DNA from: a virus | Virus record (IMG/VR): IMGVR_UViG_3300021373_002523 | Location: 1 to 64,000 of that record | DNA: 64,000 nucleotides | Strand: one strand, 5' to 3' | Position numbers and translations under genes: made by a program | The notes under the pieces: generated by a model | Told to the model about the DNA's origin: nothing | Databases searched by the model: none | The model's input: only the letters and a program-made list of their open reading frames with translations | Shown: in pieces, positions 47,020 to 56,863 of the stretch | How positions within the stretch are numbered: the stretch's first letter is position 1 | Layout: the number at the start of each line of letters is the position of its first letter

Positions 47020-47721
47020 TTATTTACGACTTCTTTTAAAATTTTCATCGTCATAGATTTCTATTAAGTCATCAACTATAGGATCTCTATGATTTTGTAA
47101 AAGTGTAATAGACGAAAGCTTTTTAACTTTAGATGCTTGATTATATAAAAATCTAAAACCCGAATCAGATCTTCCTTTTAAATCTACTTGCCCATCATCA
47201 CCACAAATAATCATTTTAGATCTTAAACCTATTCGTGTTACTATCATTTCCATTTGTTCATTTGTTACATTTTGAGCTTCATCTACAATAACACAACTAT
47301 CTACAAAAGTTCTACCTCTCATAAAGGATACTGGTACAATTTCTATTTGGCCACTATCTATGAATGGTTGGACTCTGTCCTTTCCATATAAACTATACAT
47401 ATTTTGGTATATAGGCTGTACCCAAGGATCCATTTTTTGATGAAGATCACCTGGAAGGAATCCTATATCTTCTTTGGAAACTGTAGGCCTAGTTATAATT
47501 ATTTTTTCATAGTGCCTTCTAAATAAACCATCTAATGCTACTTGGCATGCTAATAAAGTTTTACCTGAACCAGCTTTACCTGCCAAAAGAGTTATAGTAT
47601 TTAAAAGTATAATTTCTTTTGCAAGTTTTTGCTCTTCATTAAGCTTTAGTTTAAATGTAATTGGATTTTTGATTTTTCGCTTTTCACGAAACACATCATC
47701 GTTATAAGTACGTGCGGGCAT
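47020..47721 (-). CDS. phoH: PhoH-family ATPase
   Basis: GKAGSGKT, ITRP, GFLPG, MRGRTF, DEAQN, HRDP. Confidence 0.95.
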   Translation of the reverse strand: MPARTYNDDVFREKRKIKNPITFKLKLNEEQKLAKEIILLNTITLLAGKAGSGKTLLACQVALDGLFRRHYEKIIITRPTVSKEDIGFLPGDLHQKMDPWVQPIYQNMYSLYGKDRVQPFIDSGQIEIVPVSFMRGRTFVDSCVIVDEAQNVTNEQMEMIVTRIGLRSKMIICGDDGQVDLKGRSDSGFRFLYNQASKVKKLSSITLLQNHRDPIVDDLIEIYDDENFKRSRK

Positions 47722-47767
47722 ATTATTATCTTATTTTTAAAATCCTCCGAAATGTAATCTCGAAAGA

Positions 47768-48700
47768 TTAGTTTTGTGCTCCACCCTTTCGAAACTTTCT
47801 AGCCGTTAATTTCGGTTTAGGTTCCCTAACTGGTGTTGCTTCGGTTGTTGGGATAATTATAGGATCTCCAACTGGTGTAATATGCTCCGTAGGAACTGGC
47901 TTTACTGCATCATCAACATCTGCATTATCGGTTTGTACCGTCTCAGGTGCTATGTGCACTTCTCCAACTTCTACTGGGGGTTTTGCCTTTTCGGCGTCGC
48001 GAGAATATAGATCTTTTTCCGGAGCCTCCTCGCTGGCTTCCGAGATTATTTCTTGTAATTCAGATTCTGCTTTTTCAATTTCTAAATCAGTTTCATCTAA
48101 ATCTTCAACCATACTATTTAATACTTTATCCAAGGCATGGTCTTCATCCCATTCTTCAAACTTGTCATCCTCTAAAATATCTAATACTTCCTTTTCATCC
48201 ATATAATCATTTGGATCAAATGGCGTAGTAGAAGGTAATGGTGGTTGAGGTTCTGTTTCTTCTGGTCTGATATAATCAACTAATGATTTAATAAATCCTA
48301 ATGCTACTAATGGAAGTATGGCACCACTTATAATAGCTAAAACTCTTTTTTGAAATATTGGTTCTTCTTCTTGTAAACCAAATAATTCAATCCATCCCAT
48401 ATAATCTTCTAAGTTTACAAATGCATGATATGAATTAGCCATCATCTGAAATGATGTAAGTAATAAGAATAGTCCCCAAACCATTGTCTTATTAGTTTTA
48501 TCTAAAATTATAATAGCAGCTAAAGATGCAGCCGCTCCGATTTCAAATCCTATTGCCAGTGACCACGACATTAAACCAGCATGACTTAAGTCAAAAAATG
48601 CAACTGAATTAATCATAGATATAGTAGCAACTAAAAAATATAAACTGACAAATATGCCAATAATAAAATAATGTACTAATTTTTCTCTTAATGTTTTCAT
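47768..48700 (-). CDS. Membrane protein with 4 TM and acidic Pro-rich tail
   Basis: Hydrophobic N-half, D/E/P-rich C-half. Confidence 0.7.
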   Translation of the reverse strand: MKTLREKLVHYFIIGIFVSLYFLVATISMINSVAFFDLSHAGLMSWSLAIGFEIGAAASLAAIIILDKTNKTMVWGLFLLLTSFQMMANSYHAFVNLEDYMGWIELFGLQEEEPIFQKRVLAIISGAILPLVALGFIKSLVDYIRPEETEPQPPLPSTTPFDPNDYMDEKEVLDILEDDKFEEWDEDHALDKVLNSMVEDLDETDLEIEKAESELQEIISEASEEAPEKDLYSRDAEKAKPPVEVGEVHIAPETVQTDNADVDDAVKPVPTEHITPVGDPIIIPTTEATPVREPKPKLTARKFRKGGAQN

Positions 48701-48712
48701 AATAATAGTTTT

Positions 48713-49231
48713 TTAACTACACCCATCATCACATCCATTTTGATAAATTCTAGACGGAATAATTTTTGCCACCTGCAAACATGGAATGCCTGAGGTTTCA
48801 GCAGTACCAGCAGTTGTTAATTCTGTTAAAAGAATTTCTGCAAATATTGCACTTGGGCTAGTTTTTGTACAGGCAGGATCTAAACAGATTCTTACCATAC
48901 CTTCATTGTGAATTACACCTTTTGCATCTGTGTACTGCAAAATTGTCATTAATAAACCTTTACAGCCAGTAGGAATTGATGGCCACCAGAAATTTGCAAT
49001 AGTACAATCAAATTCATTATATAACATAATTTGAATTTCACTAAACCTAGTCAAATCTAATGGCTTTCCATCCTTACCAAAAAATTGTAAATCAATACAA
49101 CCGTTAGTTCCTTGCATTATTACAATAATACAATCAACCTGGGCAATAATTCTACCACATAATGTTAATGCACATTTAGGATCTCCACTCGCTGGTGTAG
49201 GTACTCCTGGTATAATCGGTGTATTGGCCAC
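48713..49231 (-). CDS. Cys-rich protein, possibly BppU-N-like virion protein
   Basis: MQGT...LQFFGKDGKPLDLT pattern; many Cys. Confidence 0.4.
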   Translation of the reverse strand: MANTPIIPGVPTPASGDPKCALTLCGRIIAQVDCIIVIMQGTNGCIDLQFFGKDGKPLDLTRFSEIQIMLYNEFDCTIANFWWPSIPTGCKGLLMTILQYTDAKGVIHNEGMVRICLDPACTKTSPSAIFAEILLTELTTAGTAETSGIPCLQVAKIIPSRIYQNGCDDGCS

Positions 49232-49233
49232 AT

Positions 49234-49521
49234 TTAATCTTCTTTTTCTTCTAAGGCATTAATAGAAATTCTTTCTTTATCAGAAATTTCTTCAATTCTT
49301 AGAGTTTTCCAAGCAGGAACTGTTTTTATTAAAAAAATCATTTCCTCTTCATTAACTATTTGAGATGATAAAGTATCAACCTCTTCAGTTAATATTCTTT
49401 GTTCTTTTTTGATTCTTTCTACTTCTGAATCAATGCCACATGATTTAAAATAAGTTAGCAATACTAATACTACTAAAATCTTAATTCCATGATCTGCAAA
49501 AAATTTATTAAATTTACTCAT
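49234..49521 (-). CDS. Membrane-anchored coiled-coil protein
   Basis: Start moved to ATG 49521 (MSKFNKFF); TM + coil. Confidence 0.6.
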   Translation of the reverse strand: MSKFNKFFADHGIKILVVLVLLTYFKSCGIDSEVERIKKEQRILTEEVDTLSSQIVNEEEMIFLIKTVPAWKTLRIEEISDKERISINALEEKED

Positions 49522-49525
49522 GTTT

Positions 49526-49822
49526 TTATTTTTTAAATTCTTGTTTTGGTTTTGTTTTTTGTTCAATGCCTTTTGGAGTTCTATGGTAGTTTTGAGTTGA
49601 CCATGGGTCTTCCGTTTCACATTTACAAGACTCGAAACGCTCTCCACACCTTGGGCAGTCTTCGGCAATTTCTTCCAACTCATCTGCTATTTGTTTTTCA
49701 AGTTCTTCATTACTACCTTTATGTTTATTGTCTTTATGAGCTTTAGCCACCTTTTCCCCTGCAGGCTCAGGTTTTTTATCTCTAACCTCAAAAAGAAATT
49801 CTCTATAATTCTTAATAAACAT
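49526..49822 (-). CDS. Putative internal virion protein with Zn-binding motif
   Basis: MFIKNYREFLFE; CPRCG...CKC; AATATATAA upstream. Confidence 0.55.
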   Translation of the reverse strand: MFIKNYREFLFEVRDKKPEPAGEKVAKAHKDNKHKGSNEELEKQIADELEEIAEDCPRCGERFESCKCETEDPWSTQNYHRTPKGIEQKTKPKQEFKK

Positions 49823-49839
49823 CAATCTATTGATTTTTT

Positions 49840-50589
49840 TTATATATTAGGAATAAGAGGGAACTTATTATGAAATTCTTTTACTAGCTCTAAAAACATT
49901 TTTCCATATTTTGTTATATCGTCAAAAGACATTTCAAATACCTGTGGAAAACCATCAGCTTCATTACTTATCCAAATTTCACCACCTTTAGGTTTTCTAC
50001 CATTCATTTCCCAATAAGCTAATGAGTAGGCTGCAATTTGCATTTTATAATTTTCAATCCATTCTTCTTTTTTAGGTTTTTTTGAAGATTTAAAATCTAA
50101 GATCACTAGATGCCCTTTTTCATTTTCATATATAATATCTACCCTACCAGCATACCCTCCCATTAGAGGTGAGAATAGAGTATCTTCTATGGACACTACA
50201 TTAGCAATACGATCAAAGCATTTACTATTATAAAAATTAAAGAAAAGTTTTCTACCTATATTGGTTTCTTCTTCAGTATATCCATTATCAATTACAAAGG
50301 TTCCTATTTGTGTTTGCGCATCAATCAGCCTTTCCCTTTGAGTTTCTTTATCAGAACCTAAAAAGTATTCACAAAACTGATGCATAACAGTTCCTCTATT
50401 TGCTGAAAATCTAGAGATAGCATCTGCTTTTTCTTCACCTACTCTTTTTCTCCATTTATCAATTCCTGATTTATCAGTCATTGCTCCTAAGATAGTAGTT
50501 ACAGATGGGTACTTTATACCTTCACCAATATTATAATATCTTTTTCCGTTTATTGTTTCGGTTGTTGCTAAAGATTCTGCTGTTGCCAT
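49840..50589 (-). CDS. PD-(D/E)XK exonuclease (Cas4/RecB-like)
   Basis: YPSVTTIL, RGTVMH, AGRVD, LDFKSS, QIAAY. Confidence 0.88.
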   Translation of the reverse strand: MATAESLATTETINGKRYYNIGEGIKYPSVTTILGAMTDKSGIDKWRKRVGEEKADAISRFSANRGTVMHQFCEYFLGSDKETQRERLIDAQTQIGTFVIDNGYTEEETNIGRKLFFNFYNSKCFDRIANVVSIEDTLFSPLMGGYAGRVDIIYENEKGHLVILDFKSSKKPKKEEWIENYKMQIAAYSLAYWEMNGRKPKGGEIWISNEADGFPQVFEMSFDDITKYGKMFLELVKEFHNKFPLIPNI

Positions 50590-50973
50590 TTAAAAAAATT
50601 TGTTTCTTACTCTATCAGAAATAGGAATAGGATCACCTTGTTCATCTATTCTTACAAACTTAATAGTTGTGGATAAAATGATATTTTGTTTTCCATTGTA
50701 AACATTATGACTTCTTGCTTCAATGTTTAATGTTAAAGAAGTATTTCCTATAGTATGTACACTTCCATAAATTTTAAGCAAATGACCTTCCTTTGCTGGT
50801 TTTTTAAAAACACATTTATCAATACTTACTGTCACCATTCTAGGAGAATCAGCAACCTGTGCAGCATAAGATGCTCCAGCTGCGTCAACCCAAGCTAAAA
50901 GTTTACCACCAAAAAGATTTCCATGAAAACCTAAATCTGATTTTTTTACTGGATGTGTACTTATTAATTCCAT
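50590..50973 (-). CDS. Acyl-CoA thioesterase (HotDog fold)
   Basis: DLGFHGNLFGGKLLAWVD, MVT, FVRID..G.P; start likely 50973. Confidence 0.88.
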   Translation of the reverse strand: MELISTHPVKKSDLGFHGNLFGGKLLAWVDAAGASYAAQVADSPRMVTVSIDKCVFKKPAKEGHLLKIYGSVHTIGNTSLTLNIEARSHNVYNGKQNIILSTTIKFVRIDEQGDPIPISDRVRNKFF

Positions 50974-51169
50974 TTGATTTATATGGATCTGTTCCTTCTT
51001 TTCCCTTCCCATTCATTTCTTTTAGTTTGACCTAAATATACTAATCTATCAATCTTTTTATTCAATTGATTTCTTGTTTCATTGGTATGAGGATTACCGT
51101 TTCTTTGATCTAAATTACTCATTTAAGATAGTTTATTTTTATATGGAAATAAATAAGAAAGTTTAAGAC

Positions 51170-51201
51170 AAAAAAACCAGTAACATTTCTGCTACTGGTT
51201 T
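51170..51201 (-). terminator. Rho-independent terminator
   Basis: AAACCAGTAGCA-GAAA-TGTTACTGGTTTTTTT. Confidence 0.8.
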
Positions 51202-51220
51202 AATATGAATTAGTTAAGTA

Positions 51221-51445
51221 TTATTTTTTATCAAATACTGACCATAGGATTAATAAAGCAACTAGGCCGATGAAACCACCGTCTCCTAATACTTTAACAA
51301 TCTCCATAACATTTGTTACTACAGAAGTTCCGAAGATACCTAAACCGAAAATAACTTCAGCTAAGATACTTAAAGAAACGAATGATAACAAAATTGTTGT
51401 AAGACCTCCTAAGAAGTCACCGATTTTTGAAAATATATCTTTCAT
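51221..51445 (-). CDS. Small hydrophobic membrane protein
   Basis: 74 aa, two long hydrophobic stretches. Confidence 0.7.
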   Translation of the reverse strand: MKDIFSKIGDFLGGLTTILLSFVSLSILAEVIFGLGIFGTSVVTNVMEIVKVLGDGGFIGLVALLILWSVFDKK

Positions 51446-51466
51446 AATTTAATTATTTTTTAATCC

Positions 51467-51499
51467 AAAGAAACCGAATCTTTACGACTCGGTTTCCTT
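51467..51499 (-). terminator. Terminator-like hairpin
   Basis: GAAACCGAGTC-GTAAA-GATTCGGTTTC-TTT. Confidence 0.65.
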
Positions 51500-51517
51500 A
51501 AATTTGATTTATACTCA

Positions 51518-51943
51518 TTAGAATTTCAATCCGAAACCTAACATCATGTTTGTTGTTTTAGCACCTGTGTGATAAACAACCTTTGGCTCAACAAATACAC
51601 TTTTGTGTATTGTGAACATCTTACCTAGACCTAATGAAAGGTTATCAGTATCAAAGTCAGTTAGACCACCGTACAAGAAAAAGTCTTGTCCGCCAGCTGT
51701 AACAAAATATCTAGCATGTAAATCCATTACCAAGTCTTCAGTAGAATCTGCTTGTGCTAAAGATAAACCAACCATTACTTTATCAGATACACCGTATCCT
51801 AGTGTTGGTGAAATTGCCCACTCAGTCCATGCAACATCTGCGATGTCACCTGTACCTACGTACCAATCTCCTTTTGCATTTTGTGCATTCATTGAAATTG
51901 AAATTCCAACTACTAACATCAAACTTAAAATTAATTTTTTCAT
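51518..51943 (-). CDS. Small outer-membrane beta-barrel protein
   Basis: Signal peptide, QNAKGDW.VG start, alternating strands, terminal GFGLKF. Confidence 0.8.
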   Translation of the reverse strand: MKKLILSLMLVVGISISMNAQNAKGDWYVGTGDIADVAWTEWAISPTLGYGVSDKVMVGLSLAQADSTEDLVMDLHARYFVTAGGQDFFLYGGLTDFDTDNLSLGLGKMFTIHKSVFVEPKVVYHTGAKTTNMMLGFGLKF

Positions 51944-52039
51944 TTTTAAAATTTTTTTTTGTTTATTAATTTAATTAAGCGAGGAATATTCCTCTAACAT
52001 AGAAAACCCTTTCCTATGTGTTTCGTTAACCTTTCGGTC

Positions 52040-52264
52040 TTATTTTAAAAAGTCATCTTGCTCTTGTAAACTGGCATAGCCTATTTCCTGTTTACATATT
52101 GAGCAAAATTTCTTTATGCTTTTTCTTTCATCAAAGTTTATAAATGTTTCTCCTTTATGATTACAACTCTGTTGAATATTTTCTTTTTCTTTTTCTAATT
52201 CTCTAACTTCTTTTTCAATTTTGTTAATGTTTCTTAAAATATTGTCGTCATTGTTTTGTTCCAT
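52040..52264 (-). CDS. Hypothetical coiled-coil/Zn-binding protein
   Basis: CNH...CSIC. Confidence 0.6.
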   Translation of the reverse strand: MEQNNDDNILRNINKIEKEVRELEKEKENIQQSCNHKGETFINFDERKSIKKFCSICKQEIGYASLQEQDDFLK

Positions 52265-52686
52265 AACTCAATTATTTTTTCACTATGAGACTGAAAGAGC
52301 AAATAAATTATTCTTAAAAGTAATAAACCAAATCCTGTTTTTATTAATGATATCAGAAAAGGTTTAAGTTTAAAATATTCTCGGTCAGCTGATAATACTA
52401 ATAAGAATGATGTTGAATCTGGAATAGGATTAAATTCTGGTGAAACATAATCTGCAATTCCTAAGTCCATTAAAAATTTATCATGCTCTCTTAATTTCAT
52501 TAGTACATAACCTTCTTGTGAGATAGGTGCAGAAACTACTTCTTCCGGCAAATTTATAACTGTATAAATTCTACCTACCCAATCTACTCTAAATCCTTTC
52601 TCTATAAGTTGAGGTTTTGCTTTCATTGCAATTGCTCTAATCTTAATCCAGATTTTTAACTCTTTATATAAATCTATTATGTACAT
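52234..52686 (-). CDS. Hypothetical membrane protein
   Basis: C-terminal TM. Confidence 0.65.
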   Translation of the reverse strand: MYIIDLYKELKIWIKIRAIAMKAKPQLIEKGFRVDWVGRIYTVINLPEEVVSAPISQEGYVLMKLREHDKFLMDLGIADYVSPEFNPIPDSTSFLLVLSADREYFKLKPFLISLIKTGFGLLLLRIIYLLFQSHSEKIIELWNKTMTTIF

Positions 52687-52709
52687 AGTATTATCTGTTT
52701 TTTATGTAT

Positions 52710-53348
52710 TTATGCCTCGGAGAAGACTTTCATACTTTCTAATTGTTTTTTAACTATTTTCCTACCACGGAATATGCGGTTTTTCACAGTTTGTAAATTT
52801 ATGCCTTTTTCATAGTCAGACATTATCTCTAAAATGTCATTATAAGATTTCTTATTTAAGAATCTTTCTTCCATAAATCTCTTATACATTGGAGGCAAAG
52901 CTTTGATTGCTTCTGTGGTTAATCTTACTTTTTCAGCAAGAATATTTTCTGCCTCCCAGTGGTCTGCTTCAGTAGGTGGCATTGAATTATCTGTGTCAAC
53001 ATCAGGAAGCAAAAATGTAGGAGGATCAATTCCTTTATCTGTGAATGCATTCATACTTACCTTTCTATTTCTATATCTTATCCAACCGATGCATTCATTG
53101 TAAGCAATACGATATGCCCATGTAGTAATTTGATAATCCTCATTATATTGATCAATTTTTAAATACACAGTTGTTAAAGTTGTTGAAACAATATCATCCG
53201 ATACTTGAGGATCTTTTACTATATTATTTACATATGACCAAAGGCCTGGTCTCATTTTAGCATAAAGTTCATTATAAACTTTTTCACTTTTTGTCTTTTT
53301 AAATTCTAATGCGAGTTCTTTGTACGTCTTCTTTGCTTTTTTAGCCAT
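52710..53348 (-). CDS. ECF-like RNA polymerase sigma factor
   Basis: Region 2: DIVS...YLKIDQY...TTWAYRIAYN; region 4: LPP...SY.DI...TVKNRIFRGR. Confidence 0.88.
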   Translation of the reverse strand: MAKKAKKTYKELALEFKKTKSEKVYNELYAKMRPGLWSYVNNIVKDPQVSDDIVSTTLTTVYLKIDQYNEDYQITTWAYRIAYNECIGWIRYRNRKVSMNAFTDKGIDPPTFLLPDVDTDNSMPPTEADHWEAENILAEKVRLTTEAIKALPPMYKRFMEERFLNKKSYNDILEIMSDYEKGINLQTVKNRIFRGRKIVKKQLESMKVFSEA

Positions 53349-53868
53349 TGATAAAATCTTTTAAAGTTAAATAATTAATAGGTGTATAATTCCAAAAATC
53401 CGTACAAACATTTATTCTGCTTGATACATTCAGATCTGTGCGGTGTGAATATACTGTATGGCCATGCATATGAATAGTGCCAGAATCTTTACCATTCCAA
53501 ACCTCCAAAGGATAGTGGCAAATCACCGCATCAAAATCAGTAAGCTCCATAATAGCATCACTGAAAAATTTAGCATTAGGAAATTCATGGATGACTTCCT
53601 CTAATGCATTGTCTTGACTTCCTTTTAAAAAGAATATCTTTCCTTTTAATTTTTTAAGTACTTTACGAGCAGTTTCTGGATCCCATGCAAAATTTCCTAA
53701 ATGAAATACTACATCATTCTTTTTTACCTTTTTATTCCAATTCTTAATAAGTGCAGAATTCATATCTTCTACATTCTTAAATTTTCTATTGGCTATCTGG
53801 AGAATTTGTGGTCTACCAAACCACGTATCAGAAGTAATATAAAAATCTTTAGGTATTTCTTTATTCAT
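53341..53868 (-). CDS. Calcineurin-like phosphoesterase homolog with degenerate metal ligands
   Basis: Family scaffold (MN.ALI.NWN..V...D.V.HLG, CHYP) but SDTW, GNF, GSQD, HGHTV. Confidence 0.8.
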   Translation of the reverse strand: MNKEIPKDFYITSDTWFGRPQILQIANRKFKNVEDMNSALIKNWNKKVKKNDVVFHLGNFAWDPETARKVLKKLKGKIFFLKGSQDNALEEVIHEFPNAKFFSDAIMELTDFDAVICHYPLEVWNGKDSGTIHMHGHTVYSHRTDLNVSSRINVCTDFWNYTPINYLTLKDFING

Positions 53869-53907
53869 ATAATTGATTTACAGTATATTGTTTCATAATA
53901 TACAGAT

Positions 53908-53937
53908 TAAATATAAACAATTTTGTTGGGAACTGAA
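53908..53937 (-). promoter_or_regulatory. Early-type promoter driving the phosphoesterase-sigma operon
   Basis: TTCAGTTCCC-N12-TATATTTA. Confidence 0.7.
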
Positions 53938-53958
53938 AAGCTTTTAAGAACTTTTTTA

Positions 53959-55170
53959 CTATTTAATTGAAAATCTTTTTCCTCCATCTTTCTTGAGGGT
54001 CTTTTCAATCATAGTTTTTGCATATTCATTTAGTTTGGTTAAACTTTCTTTATCAAGAGGTTTCTTATAAAAATCTTCATAGATATGTTTATAAGCCTCA
54101 ACAGTCGAATCAAATGGTACTCCAGGTTGAGCATTTGATTCAATAACATATACCTTTCCATTTTTACCTTTCATTATATCAAAACACATATAAGGAAGGT
54201 CCTCATAAATCTTACAAAACTTTTCTAAGACTTTTCTATAATCTTTTGGTAAATCTTTAACATCTCTTTTAGCATAGCCAAATTCCATTTCTTCTTTAGC
54301 ATTACCTTTACCACTTTTGGCTTTTTCATTTAAAGGAGTTCTCTCCATCCAAAAAATCGGTTTGCCTTTAAAGTTTATAAATCTATGTTCTTCAGCTTTA
54401 TCTATATACTCTGAAAATGTATCAAAGATTTTTTCATCTACATCTTCCATAAGATCTGGTTTATCAATAATTTGAATACCTATCCCACTATGGCCTTTTG
54501 ATGGTTTAGCAATTATAGGAAAGGTTAAATTTTCTAAAGCATCATTTTTAGAATAAACTGTCTTAGGTATATTTTCATCCTCACCAACAAGTTTATGGAA
54601 CTCTTCTTTAGATCCAGATTTTGAAATATGATCTGGGTGATTATAAACATTTTCTTTTTTAATCTTACCAGCTTTTATTAACTTATTAACAGTATCTGTG
54701 TGATATGTTAAAACTGGGTAATCAGGATTAATATCAATATCATCCATATTATTTTCATGTACTTGTACAAAAAATTTATCTCCAGCAAAACCTTTATAAG
54801 TCCACCATCTCTGTCCGCTATCTTCTCTTAAAGCTAAATAAACTTTACCTAAACCACTTTCATTATCTTTAGATTCTTTTAATAAATCGTCTCTACCTAA
54901 TTGCTTATATACTTCCTTTCTAGTTTTCTCCATCTTTTCAGCATACTTAGGATCACTCTTTCTATTAAAAACTATTTGTTGAGTTAAAGAACCGCTAATC
55001 TTTTTAACATCTTTCTTTCTGGTTTTAATTAACCATGCAGCTAAATCCTTTATAGAAAGATCTTTAAATCTACCTTCAGCATCTGGTGCATCAGAATGAT
55101 GGAAGTCAGGAGCCCCTTTAGGTTTCTTCTCTAGGATAAATTGTTCAAAAAGTTTTAGATATTTCAACAC
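53959..55170 (-). CDS. RimK-like ATP-grasp ligase with CTS-like N-terminus
   Basis: MLKYLKLFEQFILE; IPKT, PIIAKP..GHSGIGI, SEYID..EHR, CFDI, VIESNAQPG. Confidence 0.8.
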   Translation of the reverse strand: MLKYLKLFEQFILEKKPKGAPDFHHSDAPDAEGRFKDLSIKDLAAWLIKTRKKDVKKISGSLTQQIVFNRKSDPKYAEKMEKTRKEVYKQLGRDDLLKESKDNESGLGKVYLALREDSGQRWWTYKGFAGDKFFVQVHENNMDDIDINPDYPVLTYHTDTVNKLIKAGKIKKENVYNHPDHISKSGSKEEFHKLVGEDENIPKTVYSKNDALENLTFPIIAKPSKGHSGIGIQIIDKPDLMEDVDEKIFDTFSEYIDKAEEHRFINFKGKPIFWMERTPLNEKAKSGKGNAKEEMEFGYAKRDVKDLPKDYRKVLEKFCKIYEDLPYMCFDIMKGKNGKVYVIESNAQPGVPFDSTVEAYKHIYEDFYKKPLDKESLTKLNEYAKTMIEKTLKKDGGKRFSIK

Positions 55171-55184
55171 TTTTCTTTATTTTA

Positions 55185-56069
55185 TTATATATCAGAGTCC
55201 TTACTATAGGATGATAGCCACTTAAATAAGAGATCATTAAAAATTTCTACTATTGGAGTATCATCTAATATGTTATCTTCTAAAAGATTCATATTATCAG
55301 TAGGATGACCTTTAGTTGTAATAAGATTTTCTTTTAAAGGCGGGTAAGACATTTGAATAAACGGCCCAGCTAACATTCTCTTAACCAAATCAAAATGCCT
55401 TTCATAAATATGAAGTGAATGTACAATATGAGTATAGTTACCCATTTTAAGATTAGGATAATGTAATTGTAGATGCTTTAACATTTGTTGTTGTAATAAA
55501 CAGAAAAATGCAATATCAGTTGCTGTACCTAAGATAAGATCATTTGATCTCATATCAACTGTAAAGTTTAATCTGTTATCTCTGATTTGAAATACACCAT
55601 TAAGAGTACATACAAAATCTTTATTACCTTGCCATTGATGAGATGGTTTATTAAAATGTAAAATTGCTTGTCTTGAATCTCTATCCTCTATTAAAGAATC
55701 TAGTGCCCATTGCCATTGATTTCTACCATCAGAAAGAGGTTCTTTAAATATAAGATTACCATAAGCGGAATTTACAGTACCATCACCATTATCCAATTGT
55801 TTCCAAAACTTTGAAAACTTATCAATAAATTCAATATCTTTTCTACCTGTAAAATACCAAACAGTTTCACCTGCAATATATTTAAATTGACTGCTCCTTA
55901 CTTCATTTTCATAAAGTGGAAAATAAGGATCATCTATAACTAAAGCTGCATTACATATTTCTTTAATCTCCATACCTCTTGGTGAAGAAGTATATTCAGG
56001 ATTCTCTAATGTATCTCTTAATGCCTTTTCGTAAACGTCTGCAAATGTATCTCCTCTATATGTTCTCAT
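55185..56069 (-). CDS. dCMP hydroxymethylase-like (thymidylate synthase fold, T4 gp42-like)
   Basis: VNSAYG, DSRQA, KDFVCT, MRSNDLILGTATD (Asp at the TS Asn position), SLHIYERHF. Confidence 0.85.
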   Translation of the reverse strand: MRTYRGDTFADVYEKALRDTLENPEYTSSPRGMEIKEICNAALVIDDPYFPLYENEVRSSQFKYIAGETVWYFTGRKDIEFIDKFSKFWKQLDNGDGTVNSAYGNLIFKEPLSDGRNQWQWALDSLIEDRDSRQAILHFNKPSHQWQGNKDFVCTLNGVFQIRDNRLNFTVDMRSNDLILGTATDIAFFCLLQQQMLKHLQLHYPNLKMGNYTHIVHSLHIYERHFDLVKRMLAGPFIQMSYPPLKENLITTKGHPTDNMNLLEDNILDDTPIVEIFNDLLFKWLSSYSKDSDI

Positions 56070-56227
56070 TTATTTTAATTTTTCTAATATTTTTTAATGC
56101 TATTTCTAAACGGTCAGCAAATTCCATGTGAGTATATTTACCACCTTTGTTGAGTAATCTCCTGCTTTCATCAAGTACCTCATCCCTAATACCTTCAGCA
56201 TGAGCTTCATATAATAAATCTTCAGTC

Positions 56228-56845
56228 TTACACATTGGAAAACATATTTAATTGTTTTGCTTCACCTGTAACAGTATTTTCTCTTTGTAAGAAATTTACA
56301 ATTAAATGTGATACTTCTAATGCACTCATTGTACCTACATCAATATGTAACTTATTTTTTATTGTACTTAATCGGTGGGCTCGTTTAAAACCATCAACCT
56401 CAGCCTTTACTTCTTCTTCATTACCATAAAATGATTTACCGTCATCTCTTTTTAATATTGTATGAGGATCATTTGTTAATGTAATTAAATAAAGATTTTC
56501 TCTTAATGCCTTTGTATACTTTTTTTCAATATCAAAAACATAATCTCCAGAATAACCTCTATAAAGAGGAGAGTAAACGGTTTCACCTAGATGAGATCTG
56601 TTAAAAATTAAATTGATATCCTCGTCTCCTTTAGATTGTCCTATTTTAGATTTCATCATTAACTTAAACATACCATCATACATCTTTTTAGAATAAGTAG
56701 CATGCAAGTCTTTATCTTTTCTAAAAGGTAAAGAAGAGTAATGTAATTTATGAAAGACTAAATTAGGCATTCTTTCAATAATTAAATTTTGCTGTGTATC
56801 TTTACCTACATTATCGGTACCTTCTATAATAATGAATTTTTGCAT
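56228..56845 (-). CDS. dNMP (thymidylate-type) kinase
   Basis: IIEGTDNVGKDT P-loop, FNRSHLGETVYSPLYR. Confidence 0.8.
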   Translation of the reverse strand: MQKFIIIEGTDNVGKDTQQNLIIERMPNLVFHKLHYSSLPFRKDKDLHATYSKKMYDGMFKLMMKSKIGQSKGDEDINLIFNRSHLGETVYSPLYRGYSGDYVFDIEKKYTKALRENLYLITLTNDPHTILKRDDGKSFYGNEEEVKAEVDGFKRAHRLSTIKNKLHIDVGTMSALEVSHLIVNFLQRENTVTGEAKQLNMFSNV

Positions 56846-56863
56846 CAGTTTATTTTTATATGT

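Noticed and set aside
49840-50589. Cas4 / CRISPR system
   Set aside because: No repeat-spacer array or other cas genes seen, and no Fe-S Cys cluster; ordinary phage exonuclease
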